DNA of 64,000 nucleotides, from NCBI RefSeq assembly GCF_006345805.1, contig NC_043016.1:6634001-6698000 (forward strand). Direction: 5' to 3'. The notes beneath the pieces were generated by a model. That model was not told the DNA's origin and made no database searches. It saw only the letters and a list, made by a program, of their open reading frames with translations. This DNA is from Octopus sinensis (taxonomy: Eukaryota). The number at the start of each line of letters is the position of its first letter. Within the stretch, counting starts at the first letter, position 1. A program made the translations under genes and the position numbers. Shown piece after piece: positions 43,971 through 56,930 of the stretch.

Positions 43971-46519
43971 GTATGGCACATCATATATGATGTGATGTGT
44001 AAAGTCGTGTGGTGTAGTGGGAAAGAGAGGAAGAAGAGGGGAGGGGAGAAAGAAGAGGGGGGCGGGAGAAGAGGAGGGAGAGGAGATGAGGGGGGAGAGA
44101 GGGGGGTAGAGAGAGGGTAGAGAGAGAGAGGAGGGGGGGAGAAGGAAGGGGAGGAGGAGGGGAGGAGGAAGGAGGAAAGATGGAGAGGGGGAGAGAGAAG
44201 GGGAGTGAGGGAGCAGAGGGAAGGGGAAGAGGAAGGAGAAAGAGGAAAGAAGGGAAGGGAAGTAGGGGTGAAAGGATGAAGGACTGAAGAAGTAGGGGTC
44301 GGGGGGAAAGGTAGGTGAGGAGGGGGGAGAGGGGGTTAGGGTTATATGAGAGGGGGGAGAGTTGAGACCAAATGGCGTATAAGAGCGAAGAGAGATTAAT
44401 TCCGGTTCACGGCGCAAACGGGAATCCGGATGGCCTCTGTGTAAGGACAAACCGAACAAGATAGGTGTGCAAGGAGTGACCGGTGGAGCGGAAATGGCGT
44501 GAGACCGGTGTGTCGTTCGCAAGGTGGATGTCACGAAGGTGTTCCGCGAACCGGTCAGCCAAGCGGCGTCCCGTTTGTCCGATGTACAAGGAATGGCAGA
44601 GAGAGCAAGAGACGCAATAGATAATATTGCTGGAGGTGCAGGTGAAGGAGTGGATGATGGGATAGGGTCGATGGTGGGTGCTAGTGAGGCGGGTGGTGTT
44701 GGAGAGGTAAGGGCAAGTGCGGCAACGTGGGCGGGAGCAGGGGAACGAGCCGGGTTGGGAGGTAGGGTCAGGGAAGGAGCTATGGACCAAAAGGTCTCGA
44801 AGGTTGTGGGCTCGTTTGAAAGAGGGGAGGGGTCGGTTAGGGAAGAGGTGTGAAGTGGACGGGTCGGACTGGAGATGACAGAAAGCTCGAAGAATGGTGC
44901 GTTGGAGAGGTAGGGTCTTTGGGTGGTAAGTGAGGGGAAAAGGGAGGCGGGAGACTACAGGGCGGGTTCGGGGAGAGAGAGCAGATACACGGTCCACGGA
45001 CCGTGCTCTGGCAAGGGCGGTGTGGATAGTGGTGAGGGGGTATCCACGTAGGGTGAAGTGGTGAGCCATACGTTGAGACTGAGTCTCAAAGTCACGGTCG
45101 TCACTACAGAGCCTACGTAGACGGAGGAATTGGGAATAGGGGATGGAAAGCTTGGTGTGTTCTGGGTGGGAGGAAGAGAAGTTGAGGTATGAGTGTGAGT
45201 CTGTGTGTTTGTAGTGAATGGAGGTGGTAAGAGTGGAGTGAAGAATGCTAACCGAAATGTCGAGGAAGGAGACAGAGGTGTTGGAGATAGTGGAAGTGAA
45301 GTGGAGGGCTGGATGGAAAGATTGGACGAAAGAGAGGAAGGAATCTAGATGTTCACGGGAGAGTGAGGTGGCACCGATAATGTCGTCAATGTAACGACCA
45401 TATAGTTCGGGAGTGGGACCAGTGAAATTAGAGAATATTTGGGCCTCAACATAGCCAACGAACAGGTTCGCATAGTTGGGGCCCATTCGCGTTCCCATGG
45501 CCACTCCCGAGACCTGATGGTAGAACTCGCCCGCGAACGAGAGAAGCAGTTCAGAGTAAGGACAAGTTCAGCCAGACGAATGAGTGTGGAGGTGTCAGGT
45601 ACAGGGTTGGAGCGCGGAGGTCAAGAAAGTGTCGAAGGGCCTGCAGTCCTTCGTGGTGAGGGATAACAGTATAGAGGCTTTGGATGTTCATAGTAAAAAG
45701 GATTTTGGAGGAGCCGGGAGGAAAGGAGAAAGAGTTGAAAAGCCGGAGAGCATGGTTGGTATCGTGGATGTGGGAGGGAAGAGATGCCACTAGGGGGGCA
45801 AGGACACGGTCGAGGTATTTAGAGATGAGCTCCGTGGGGCAGTTACAGGCGGAGACGATGGGGCGGCCAGGGTTGTTGGGTTTGTGGATTTTGGGGAGGA
45901 AGTAAATGGTGGGGGTACGTGGGGTTCGCACAATTAGGTTGGATGCGGTGTGGGGGAGACGGGAGGACGAGATGAGGTCGCGGACAGTAGAGGATACCGT
46001 CTGTTGGTAGCTACGTGTGGGGTTAGAGGGCAGAAGGGAGTAGAAGGAGGTGTCATTGAGTTGGCGGAAAGCCTCGGCCCTATAGAGGTCCGCGCGCCAC
46101 ACCACTACAGCTCCACCCTTGTCAGCCGGTTTGATGATAATGTCAGCGCGCCGTTGGAGGGAACGAAGAGCCAAGAGCTCAGCCGGGGAGATGTTGAGGC
46201 GGCGTTGGCGCCTGGAGAAGTTGAATCGCTCCAATGCACGCTGACAAGCGCCCGCGAAAAGATCCACTGCTAGGAACTGGCCAGGGGCAGGCGTCCACGG
46301 GGATGGTCGGCGGCCCAGGCCAGTGAAGCAGTCCTCTTCGTTGGGTGTGGGTGGCGAGTCGTGGTAATGCGCACCCAACCGGACACGGCGCACAAAGCTG
46401 TGGACATCAACTCGCGTCTGGAATTCCTTACAGGATGGAATGAGGGGGATATATATATATACATATATATATATATGTATGTGTGTGTGTATATATGTGT
46501 ATACATTTATGTGTGAATC

Positions 46520-46682
46520 TCTGTGTGCCTGTGTTTGTCCTTCACCATCGCTTGACAATCTATGTTGGTGTGTTTATGACCCCGAATAAGTCCTGAGGTC
46601 GATTTCTTCAACTAAAACCCTTTCAGGCGGTGCTACAGCATGGCCGCAGTCAAATGACTGTGACATGTAAAAGAATAAAAGA

Positions 46683-46685
<3 letters not shown>
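46520..46685 (+). mobile_element. Family B SINE 3' remnant
   Basis: catcgcttgacaatc...gcatggccgcagtcaaatgactg. Confidence 0.7.
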
Positions 46686-46725
<40 letters not shown>

Positions 46726-47071
46726 ACTGCTTATGTGGATAGAATTATTTGTATCATCTGAAATGGTGCTAAAGAAGCTTATTACTTTTGACAGATGCAT
46801 TCTGCTGTAGATATGTGTGTGTGTGTGTTTGTACGCGTTTGAATGTGTGTTTGTGTGAATGTGTGTGCATGCGCGTGTATGTGTGTGTTTGTATGCTCCC
46901 CCCCCACTACTCCTGCTCATGGTCAGAGACGCACATATTCTCAGCCACTGAGGGACTTTTTGAACTAGTTAAGGTCAAGCAACTGACAGGCAAACGTGTG
47001 GTATTGAGCAGAATATTTGCTACAGTGATATTTCTGCTTCAGCAGCTCAGCGCTTAATGTATCTGAAATGC

Positions 47072-47524
47072 GGATCTTTTCGGTTTGAACGGCGGTTTTT
47101 AAAATAATTTCCACGTAACTAAACACTTTTAAACTTCGTATACTGGTAGAATGTGTTTATAAAACATCTTCTTCTCTTGGCTTTATTCAGAAAATTCTAT
47201 AGTTTGTAAGATATTTGTTGTTTTTTTTCTTCAATTTCTACAATTTCAACCAATCAATGACGTCTATTGAGCTAAAAAAACATTCTGTGCCGTATGAATA
47301 TGTCCCTCGTTTAAAAAACAGATTGGGTTTATTTACATTTGTTCCCCCCACCCATAACCCTAACCCTAACCCTAACTAACCCTAACCCTAACTAACCCTA
47401 ACCCTAACTAACCCTAACCCTAAAACAGATTGAAATGCAATAGATCGATACTAGGGTCATAATTATGGGTGACAATTTCATATGACACCGCTAGAAAAAA
47501 CTGCCGTTCAAACCGAAAAGATCC
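47072..47524. mobile_element. Non-autonomous DNA transposon, GGATC termini, 8-bp TSD, internal (CCCTAA)n
   Basis: tgaaatgc|GGATCTTTTCGGTTTGAACGGC...GCCGTTCAAACCGAAAAGATCC|tgaaatgc. Confidence 0.9.
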
Positions 47525-48106
47525 TGAAATGCAATGGAAAATAAATCAGTTTCAAAACATTGATGTCCAAGTCTGAAAGGCAAATTCTGAAGGGAATAAT
47601 AGTGATTTCTCGACAGAAGGAAATAGGACATGTTGCTGGTTCGTGTCGAAATCTAGGCGAGCAGGGTCACAATCACCGCTGTGACAATAAAGATGAACAA
47701 TGGTTTAAACTTTGGAGCCATTTATTTTCTACTCATACGTTACAATGTATAAGTGTACCACGTGTACATACAAGTGTACGGAAAGCGTACGGGAGACTAG
47801 AAAAATAAGAAAATATAAAAATAAGATGAACTTAGATACAAAATTATTTGAACAGGGTTTTCTGATATTTGTTTTCTGATATGATATGCTGACATGTATA
47901 AATATGATCCCCTTTTTCTGATATTCACATACTACAAAGCAATGTTTTCTGACATATATCATAAATATATTCACGGCAATTTTTTTCTGGGGTATTCTGA
48001 TACATTTTACTGATATTTGACTTTCTGATATAGAACTTTCCTGTAACAAAAGTTTGGATGGTCTGTTCTACAAATTCTATGAGTTCATGTCGGACTTGCT
48101 TGGCTG

Positions 48107-49140
48107 GGATCTTTTCACTTTGACCGGCAGATTTTTAAAATAATTTCCATGTAACTAAACACTTTTAAACTTCGTATACTGTTAGACTGTGTTTATAAAA
48201 CATCTTTTCTCTTGGTGTTCTTGAGAAAATTCTGTAGTTTGTAAGCTATTTCTTGTTTAATTTCTCATATTTCGGCAATTTCAACCAATCAATGACGTCT
48301 ATTGAGGTGAATACAATTACTGCTGTTGTTTGTCAACAACAACTTCCTGCGGTATCTATTGAGTTTGTCACTGTTATCTATGACATATTTCATATCAGTT
48401 AAATGTATTTATACATCACTATACGCTTACAAATTTCAGCACCCAAACCTTGTCCTCTTTTCCTTGTTTATTTCTTGTAAACACAAGACACCCACCCACA
48501 CACCTATCAAAATCTGGGTTACACACTAAGTACATATTTAATTTGGTATATACACGCTTAATGATAAATATATAATTTACTAATGCTCTCTATATCGTAA
48601 TCGTTTTAATCCGTTTAGCCCTCATAATGTATGTTTAATGTTTCATATAAGTTGTGGCATCCGGTGCCGGCGACCGAGTATCGATCTATTTTATTGCATT
48701 TCAATTTGTTTCTTAAACGAATATATAATATGTAATGTGTGTATCTGTGCAACAGAGAGGGAAATTAAAACTGCATATGTTGTGAACTTTGAAAATGTGT
48801 TTATTAATAAAAGTTTAATAACGATAATCTTTTATTCATCCGAACGTAACTGATATGAAATATGTCATAAATAACAGTGACAAACTAAACAGACACAGCA
48901 GGAAGTTGTTGACAAACAACATCAGTAATTGTATTCACCCCAACAGGCGTCATTGATTGGTTGAAATTGCCGAAATACGAGAAATTAAAGAAGAAATAGC
49001 TTACAAACTACAGAATTTTCTCAAGAACGCCAAGAGAAAAAGATGTTTTATGTGACACATTCTACCAGTATACGAAGTTTAAAAGTATTTAGTTACAAAG
49101 AAATTATTTAAAAAATCTGCCGGTCAAAGGGAAAAGATCC
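48107..49140. mobile_element. Non-autonomous DNA transposon, ~240-bp TIRs, GGATC termini, 8-bp TSD
   Basis: cttggctg|GGATCTTTTCACTTTGACCGGCAG...CTGCCGGTCAAAGGGAAAAGATCC|cttggctg; left ~220 bp homologous to 47072-47290. Confidence 0.9.
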
Positions 49141-49149
49141 CTTGGCTGT

Positions 49150-49400
49150 CTCTTGACAGATGTCTACAGTAACTAGCAGTAAAACGGGAGAATTCCTAGT
49201 ACTGTTAGCCGGGATACGATGACACTGCTGAGAAAGGATGTCAACAATGGGGATGTTCAAGGGAATTTTCTGCCCTTTACTCTTTTAAACACAGAGTTTG
49301 AAATTGTTGTCAAGGTTTTAGCGAAAAGGTCGGTGCTTGGCGTTGGATAGTTTGGCCTTGCTTTTGAGCTTGCCGGTATGTTAGGTGGGCACATATGTGA
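49150..49400 (+). mobile_element. Tx1/L1-like RT fragment
   Basis: TLLRKDVNNGDVQGNFLPFTLLNTEFEIVVKVLAKR; start resembles the gcaaaacgggag region at the window end. Confidence 0.55.
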
Positions 49401-50844
49401 GAGACAATTTTTAAGGGAAAAGTGTCAGTCACCACTCCACATACTGCAGCTTCACTAATAAACAGCAATATCGCTAGCAACAACAACAACAGTACAGTAA
49501 GAACAAAAGCTGCGACAGTATGCCAAACAGTAGCAAACAGCGATAGTAATACCTCTGCCAGGCCCACAAAATCTTCAGCGAAAGGGAGGAACTCATTACC
49601 AATGCCATTCACCCACCTCCAATCCCGTAACAACAAGCTGTAGTTGTAGTAGCAATGGAACAACTGACACCACATCAGTAATAAGCAATGACTGCATTAA
49701 TAAAAAAAGGCAAAAAAACATCAGTAGAAGTCGAAGCATTTACCAACAGATGTGGTGGATGAGAAGTTTTACTTACAATGTTGTTGCAAATCCAAGACCT
49801 GCGACAAAATCAGTGGTATACAGATGCAGATCATTAAAGAGATATGAGCTGGAAAGAACATTCCAAGAGCAAGCCGAAAAGTGCCAGGCCAATTTGGTTG
49901 TATTCGAGTAATTTTTTGATTTTGAAACATCGACCCAGAGCACTCCACAGTTTCATGTAGAAATGAAAAATTTACATCGATGACAATTTAACTGGGACAG
50001 ATAACGACTACGTAAAAAATTAATAACATACCTCCAGAACTAAGTGGTAATAAAACAAATAGTGGTTATGTGAGAAGCATGGTCAGTCAGAGGTTGAATG
50101 CCACACTTATATAGAATAAGAGAGAGACTATTGTAGTGTCGCTCCCTATATAAGCAATGACTAAGAAGGTTCCAAATAAAAATGAAACCCTTTTCAGATT
50201 GGAGGATTTCCATCAAAATAGATTCACGCATACAAAACTAATGCAGAAGAAAGCACTTTCTGGATTTTGGGATTCTTTTGAAAAGTTAGAAAAGAAAATT
50301 AATTTAATTTAGAAGAACTCGATATTAACAAAAAAAAAGAGAACCTAAAAGAAAACCAAAAACAAATAAACCAAAACTAACCAAAAATTGGTTTTCAATA
50401 AATGGAAAGCACGTTCATAAATTTGTCAAAATAATGAATAATAAATATTTATATCACTGGCATGAAATGTTTGGTAACATATGACCGACACTATATTAAA
50501 CATTTATTCAATTTTTTTGTTCAAAATTAACTTTTAAAGCAGAAGACAATCTTAAATAAAATCTTATATGGTAATTTATTACTTCGAAAAGCCATAAAAT
50601 GACAATTCTATTAACTTTAAGAGAATTTTAACGAATTTAATAACGGTACGAAAATCGCCCGAATCCATATAAAATTATCTTTATTTTTTTTAAAGATTAT
50701 TTTAGTTATTTAACGGCTGGTCCCTTTCCTCTAGATTTTTTTCTGTACAGTTACAAATTTTCTGACAACTGTTGTTGTTGTCGATGTTGCTGTTCTTCAA
50801 GATTGAGTAAATCACATTTTCAGTATATATATATATTCCCCAAC

Positions 50845-52670
50845 ACGATGCTAAAGAAATGGCAGAAATACTGCAGAACAATATTGCTCTGTCTTCAGTG
50901 TTCCCACTGATATTGATGTAGGTGCGAACGAACGAAGCTGACTCCCAACACAAAATCGCAGACATAACCTTCACTGCCACCGACATCGTAGCAGCAATAA
51001 ATGAGGTCAAACATTACTCTGCTGTAGGCCCTGATAGATTTCCCGCCAGTCTCCTGAAGGAATGTAGATATCAACTTGCAATCCCTCTGACCAATCTCTG
51101 GAGAAACTCGTTAGACGCAGGTTATATACCGAAAAAGTTTCTATCCCAGTCGGTCATCCCGGTTTTCAAACAGGGAAACAGATCCCTCGCAGTCAACTAT
51201 CGCCCAATCTCACTCACCTCCCACATCATTAAAGTGTTTGAAAGAGTGTTAAGATCAAGGATAGCTGACTTCCTGGAGACCCACAAACTCCTAAATTCAA
51301 ATCAGCATGGCTTTCGCTGTGGCAGGGACTGTCTAACACAGCTCTTACACCACATTGAAGATGTACTCAAAGCCTTGGGAACAGGTTCGAACTCTGACGT
51401 CATATACCTTGACTTCTGTAAAGCCTTCGACAGGGTAGACCATAACATCCTACTCTCAAATTGGCAAATGTTGGAATCCGTGGAAAAGTTCTACACTGGA
51501 TTCAGTATTTCCTAGCGAATAGAACACAACATGTTGTAGTTGATGGAGTCCACTCAAACCCAGCAAAAGTCACCAGCGGTGTTCCCCAGGGAACTGTTTT
51601 GGGTCCGCTACTCTTCATAATTTATGTAAACGACCTTTCAGTGTCGTACATCACTGCAAAGTGAAAATATTCGCTGATGACACTAAGCTCCAGCAAATCG
51701 TCAATGAAGAAGCAGACCGAACTCAACTCCAGTCTGACCTATATGCTGTGAGTCAATGGGCAGACAGAAACAAAATGCAACTGAACGAGGGAAAATTGAG
51801 CTGATGCATTTTGGAAGAAACTCCTCACTAAAACAGCCATACTCTCTTCCTTCAGGGAACCGCTCACAGCCTCTAACAATATCAGAGACTGGGTGTAATT
51901 TGATGACGATCTCAGTTGGAGTGCACACTCACAAAAAGAAGGTCGATATAGCTCGTAGGATGAGTTCCTGGATCTTAAGAACTTTCCGGTCCAGAGGAAA
52001 AGGTGTCATCATATCACTTTTTTCCTCCTTTGTACGGCCACACCTTGAATACTGCTGCCCACTGTGGTCTCCTTACACAAGACAAAATCTCCAGAATTGA
52101 GTCACCCCAGAGGGCTCTCACTAAACAAATTGAAGGCATGGCTGCTCTCGATTATTGGGATCGCCTTAAAGCCTTGAAACTTTACTCCCTCCAGCGTCGC
52201 CGTGAGCGGTACATCATTTGTACGATGTGGAAAATATACCGCCAACTTTGCCCAAACGACCTAAACATTAGCTTCAAGGTTCATCCGAGACTTGGACACG
52301 GGCTATACGTCCCCTGCCAAATTCAAGATCACAACATACATGTACACTGCAACATAATTTCTTTTCCTCAACAGGCCCTGCCCTATTTAACATTGTCTCG
52401 AGGGAGATCAAAGAGGAAAAGATCCCATCAACTTCAAACAGAGTCTGGATAGATTCCTTCAAAGAATACCAGATAAGCCACCCATAATTGGATACAACTC
52501 ACCCAACAAGAACTCACTACTTGAACAAAACTGGATACAACTCACCCAACAAGAACTCACTACTTGAACAAAACTTGACTTAAACAGGATTCGAATAATC
52601 CTATCAGGTGTGCTATTAAGTTAGACATGGCCTGGACCAATCTCTGGTCGAAACATATCTAAGTTTTCTA
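50845..52670 (+). mobile_element. CR1-group LINE, 5'-truncated RT and 3' end
   Basis: [68 protein letters not shown]; 43-bp direct duplication near 52489-52573. Confidence 0.88.
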
Positions 52671-52671
52671 A

Positions 52672-52716
<45 letters not shown>

Positions 52717-52816
52717 TATAATATATATATATACATTACATATAAATTACATACTCTATCACTTGTAACTTTTTATACACAGATTCAAGGTAACAACTGA
52801 ATACATAATAATAATA

Positions 52817-52856
<40 letters not shown>

Positions 52857-52896
52857 TAATAATAGAAGAAGAAGAAGAAGAAGAAGAAGAAGAAGA

Positions 52897-52936
<40 letters not shown>

Positions 52937-53094
52937 CGATGATGATGATGATGATTTCTTTATTAATCACAAAGGGTTTAAGAAAAACATTACGGACATT
53001 ACCAGACAAAACAAAGAATGTGTGCATATGTGTGTTTGTTTGTTTGTGTGTATGTGTGTTTGTGTGTGTGTATGTGTGTGTGTGTGTGTAATTG

Positions 53095-53745
53095 TGAGGG
53101 TTTTGCGTGTTAACAAGTTTAACATAAAGGATGAAAAAAAATCATCAATTTGTAATTCTCAATAGGGAAGAGACGTTTGAGGGCTGCTCATGGAAAAACC
53201 TCATAAAAACCGTAGGTACCCTGACTTTCGAGACAAGTGTCTCTGATTTTCTTTCCCTTTCTCCAATTATAAGCGTATGCGCAGGGCAGGCCCATTCACT
53301 CGCACCATTCTCGCCACTTTCATCCAACTTTTGCCAAATTGGTTACAAGACAACATTTCCCTCTTCTACCCTTATTTTCCTTTTCAAGTGAAACTTGAAG
53401 AAGTTCATCAGGGATTGGCCAAAGAGAAAAGTGTTTGTCTTCAGCCCATTTAGTTTCGTTCACCATACAACCTCTTTCGCCATGGTCACTAGGCATATAG
53501 ACACAGCCTGCGCTTCCCGGTTAAAGGAAGGCGGCGGGGAAATCTTCACAATAGATTCAGTTGACAGCTGGATCCGTCCCATACACGACAGCAGGTGTCG
53601 ATATAAACCCACAGGTCAGCAATACTCGGGCAGTTGACGTGTGCATGCAGAACCGTCTCGTCGTCCTGCGTGCATCTCAGACATGTTCAGCTGACGGAAC
53701 TTCCGTACCTGTAAAGTTTATCTCGAACAGGCAAAACTCCCTGGT
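53095..53745 (-). mobile_element. Tx1/L1-like ORF2 C-terminal fragment and 3' UTR
   Basis: LPVRDKLYRYG...CLRCTQDDETVLHAHVNCPSIADLW, a CCHC knuckle. Confidence 0.7.
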
Positions 53746-53759
53746 TTGAGTAGAATAAG

Positions 53760-54192
53760 AGCCTAGAAAACAAACAAGTTAGGAAGCACAAGAGGCAAAA
53801 CTTGTCTCGAGGAAAGATAATCACCAGAAAAGATTTGGGACAATAATAGAAGAGTTGAAACAGCGTATCATAGCAATAGCAGGTAAGCTTTCGAGATATC
53901 AGAAAAGAATAGATCAGTATCAACAGAATAGATTATTTGAGCCAGACCAGGGGAGATTTTATAACCAAATAATAGGTGCAGGACTGGCTGTGTGGTAAGT
54001 AGCTTGCTTACCAACCACATGGTTCCGGGTTCAGTCCCACTGCGTGGCACCTTGGGCAAGTGTCTTCTACTATAGCCACAGGCCGACCAAAGCCTTGTGA
54101 TTGGATTTGGTAGACGGAAACTGAAAGAAGCCCGTCGTATGTATGTATGTATGTATGTATGTATGTATGTATGTATGTATGTATGTAGTATG

Positions 54193-54236
<44 letters not shown>

Positions 54237-56610
54237 ATATATATATTTGTGTGTGTGTGTGTGTGTGTTTGTGAGTATGTGTCTGTGTATGTTCGCCCAA
54301 CATCGCTTGACAACCGACGCTGGTGTGTTTACGTCCCCGTAAATTAGCGGTTCGGTAAAAGAGACCGGAAGAATAAGTACTAGGCTTTCAAATATGTCCT
54401 GGGGTCGATTTGCTCGACTAAAGGCGGTGTTCCAGCATGTCCGCAGTCAAATGACTGAAACAAGTAAAAGAAAGAAAGAAAACGAAAGTGGAGAAAGAAA
54501 TACTGAAGATGAGAAACCTAATGCAGAGGAAGCTAGAAAGTTTTGGAGTAATATTTGTGATAAACCAATCAATCATAATGGAGATGTAGTGTGGTTAAAG
54601 AAAATGGGGGAAGAAGTAGTGAGTGAGAAGCAGCCAGATCTAAGTTTAACTCGTGCATTAATGAGTAAAGTGTTAGGAAAAATGCCGAATTGGAAGAGCC
54701 CAGGACCAGATTTAGTTCAAGGGGACTGGTTAAAGAAATTCAGTAGTTTACATGGGAGGCTGAGGGAACAATTTCAGAATTCCCTTAATGGAGGAATAAT
54801 ACCAGATTGGATATAATATGGAGGGAGATACTCATTATGAAGGATAAGAGCAACTATGGACCAATCACTTGCTTACTATTAGTGTGGAAACTGTTAGCAG
54901 GAATGTATTCAGAAAGCATTTACGAGTACCTTGACAACCAGAATTTACTAAAAGAAGGACAGAAAGGTTGTAGGAAGAAATTTTGAGGAACGAATGATCT
55001 ATTATATATAGACAAAGCAATTCTAAATGAAGTAAAAGCTAGAAAGAAAATATCCAACAATAGCATGGATAGATTATAGGAGAGCCTATGACATGATCCC
55101 GCATTCATGGATAAATGAATGTTTGAGTATATTCAAGTATAACAGACAACATAAGAGAATTAATTAGCTTTAGCATAAAGAAACAAAAAGTAGAGCTCTA
55201 CTCACTGACACACTTTTATGACTCGTTGTCCCCTTTAATATTTGTCTTATGTTTGATGCCTTTCAGTTTAGTATTAAGGTAGGTAAAGGCAGGGTATCCG
55301 TTCATAAACAGTAATGGAAAAATTAACCATTTGTTCTACATGGATAATCTGAAGCTTTTTTAGTATGAATGAGAAAAAGATAAATTCCGTAATACAGACT
55401 CTAAGATATAGGCATGGAATTTGGCATAGATAAGCGTGCAATATTAGTCGTGCGAAGGGGGACAGGTAGTCAACAGCGAAGGCATCCAATTACCAGATAG
55501 CCAGACATTAAAATCATTGAAAGAGGAGAGCATCTAGGAGTATTAAAGCATCTAGGAGTATTAGAATCTGACAGAGGACTAAGTAGAGAAATGAAAGCGA
55601 AAATTGAGAAGTACATCAAAAGGGCGAGGAAGCTAATGAAGACAAATCTAAATGGTCCGAATCTAGGGAAGATTGTAAATATGTGGGCAATATCATTACT
55701 TAGATACTCAGCAGCTTTTGTAGATTGGACAAAACCTGAATTAGCAAAGCTAGACAGAAGAAATAGGAAGGAATTCAATATGAATGGAGGACTCCACCCA
55801 AGGGTAGGAGTAGCAAGATTATAACTACCTAGAGAGGAACGCGGAAGAGGGTTAACATCAATAGAAGACTGCGTGGAGTTAGCTAGAGTAGGTATAGACT
55901 TCTATGTGGGTAACATTGAAGAAAGTTTATTGGATAAGCGCTAAAATAGAGAAAAACCAAGTAGATTTCCAATGTAGATTATGTAAATCAAAAGAGGAAA
56001 GCGTTGCTCATCTAGTAAGTGAATGTAGCATGCTGGCACAGAAAGAATACAAAGGAAAGACATGGCAATCTAAGGAGAGTAATCCACTGGGAGCTTTGTA
56101 GAAAGCTAGCATTTGATCATACTCATAAATGGTATGAAGATGAACCTAGTAAAGTACTAGAAAGTCAGAAATACAAGACGTTGTCGGACTTTCACATTCA
56201 GACTGACAGAGTAATAGAAGCTAGAATGCCTGATCTGGTAATAGAGATAAGGAGAATAGTAAGGGCCAGATAATTGACTTTACAGTCACAAATGATGAAA
56301 AAATCAATATGAGAAGTATAGAAAAAATCGCAAAGTACCAGGACCCAGCTATTGAATTACAGAGACTATGGAAAGTGCGGGTAAAATGTATCCCTGTAGT
56401 TATAGGTGCATCGGGAACTATCCCTAAAGATCTGAGCAGACGGATAGAGGAAATAGGCGTAAAACCCTGTTTAGTACAAACTGCAGAAAACAGTGTTATT
56501 AGGGAGAGCTAAGATACTTAGGAGGGTTCTTGGCACTTAAGGCTATTTGTTGTAGACCGATGTTAGGATTCTTTTATTTTCCACCAGTCTGATCTGTTGA
56601 ATCGATATGA
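53760..56610 (+). mobile_element. R4/Dong-type LINE (second family), interrupted by a SINE
   Basis: EELKQRII...RYQKRIDQYQQNRLF, NWKSPGPDLVQG, CRLCKSKEESVAHLVSEC, PDLV, KIAKYQD, ILRRVL; followed by a (CAA)/(ATC)n tail. Confidence 0.85.
53975..54470 (+). mobile_element. Family B SINE nested in the LINE
   Basis: Complete head and tail with internal (TATG)/(TA)/(TG) repeats. Confidence 0.88.
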
Positions 56611-56640
56611 ACAACAACAACAGCATCATCATCATCATCG

Positions 56641-56687
<47 letters not shown>

Positions 56688-56688
56688 G

Positions 56689-56727
<39 letters not shown>

Positions 56728-56740
56728 ACAACAACAACAA

Positions 56741-56774
<34 letters not shown>

Positions 56775-56815
56775 GTCATCATCATTATCATCATCATCAT
56801 CATCATCAACAACAA

Positions 56816-56858
<43 letters not shown>

Positions 56859-56869
56859 GTCGTCGTCGT

Positions 56870-56913
<44 letters not shown>

Positions 56914-56930
56914 ACAACAACAACAACAGC
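56610..56930. repeat. (ATC)n/(AAC)n microsatellite
   Basis: Direct reading. Confidence 0.97.

Larger units (their letters stand above)
43300..46445 (-). mobile_element. Penelope-like element, nearly intact RT + GIY-YIG with 3' UTR
   Basis: ADKGGAVVVW, FLPKIHKPNNPGRPIVS, QSLYTVIP, GVAMGTRMGPNYANLF, RYIDD, FLD, CSRPRCRTC, IIYCVSC...YIGQTGRRLADRFAEH; apparent frameshifts near 45600 and 44480. Confidence 0.93.

Noticed and set aside
44524-46273. Plus-strand ORFs of 70-110 aa
   Set aside because: Antisense shadows of the GC-rich PLE coding region.
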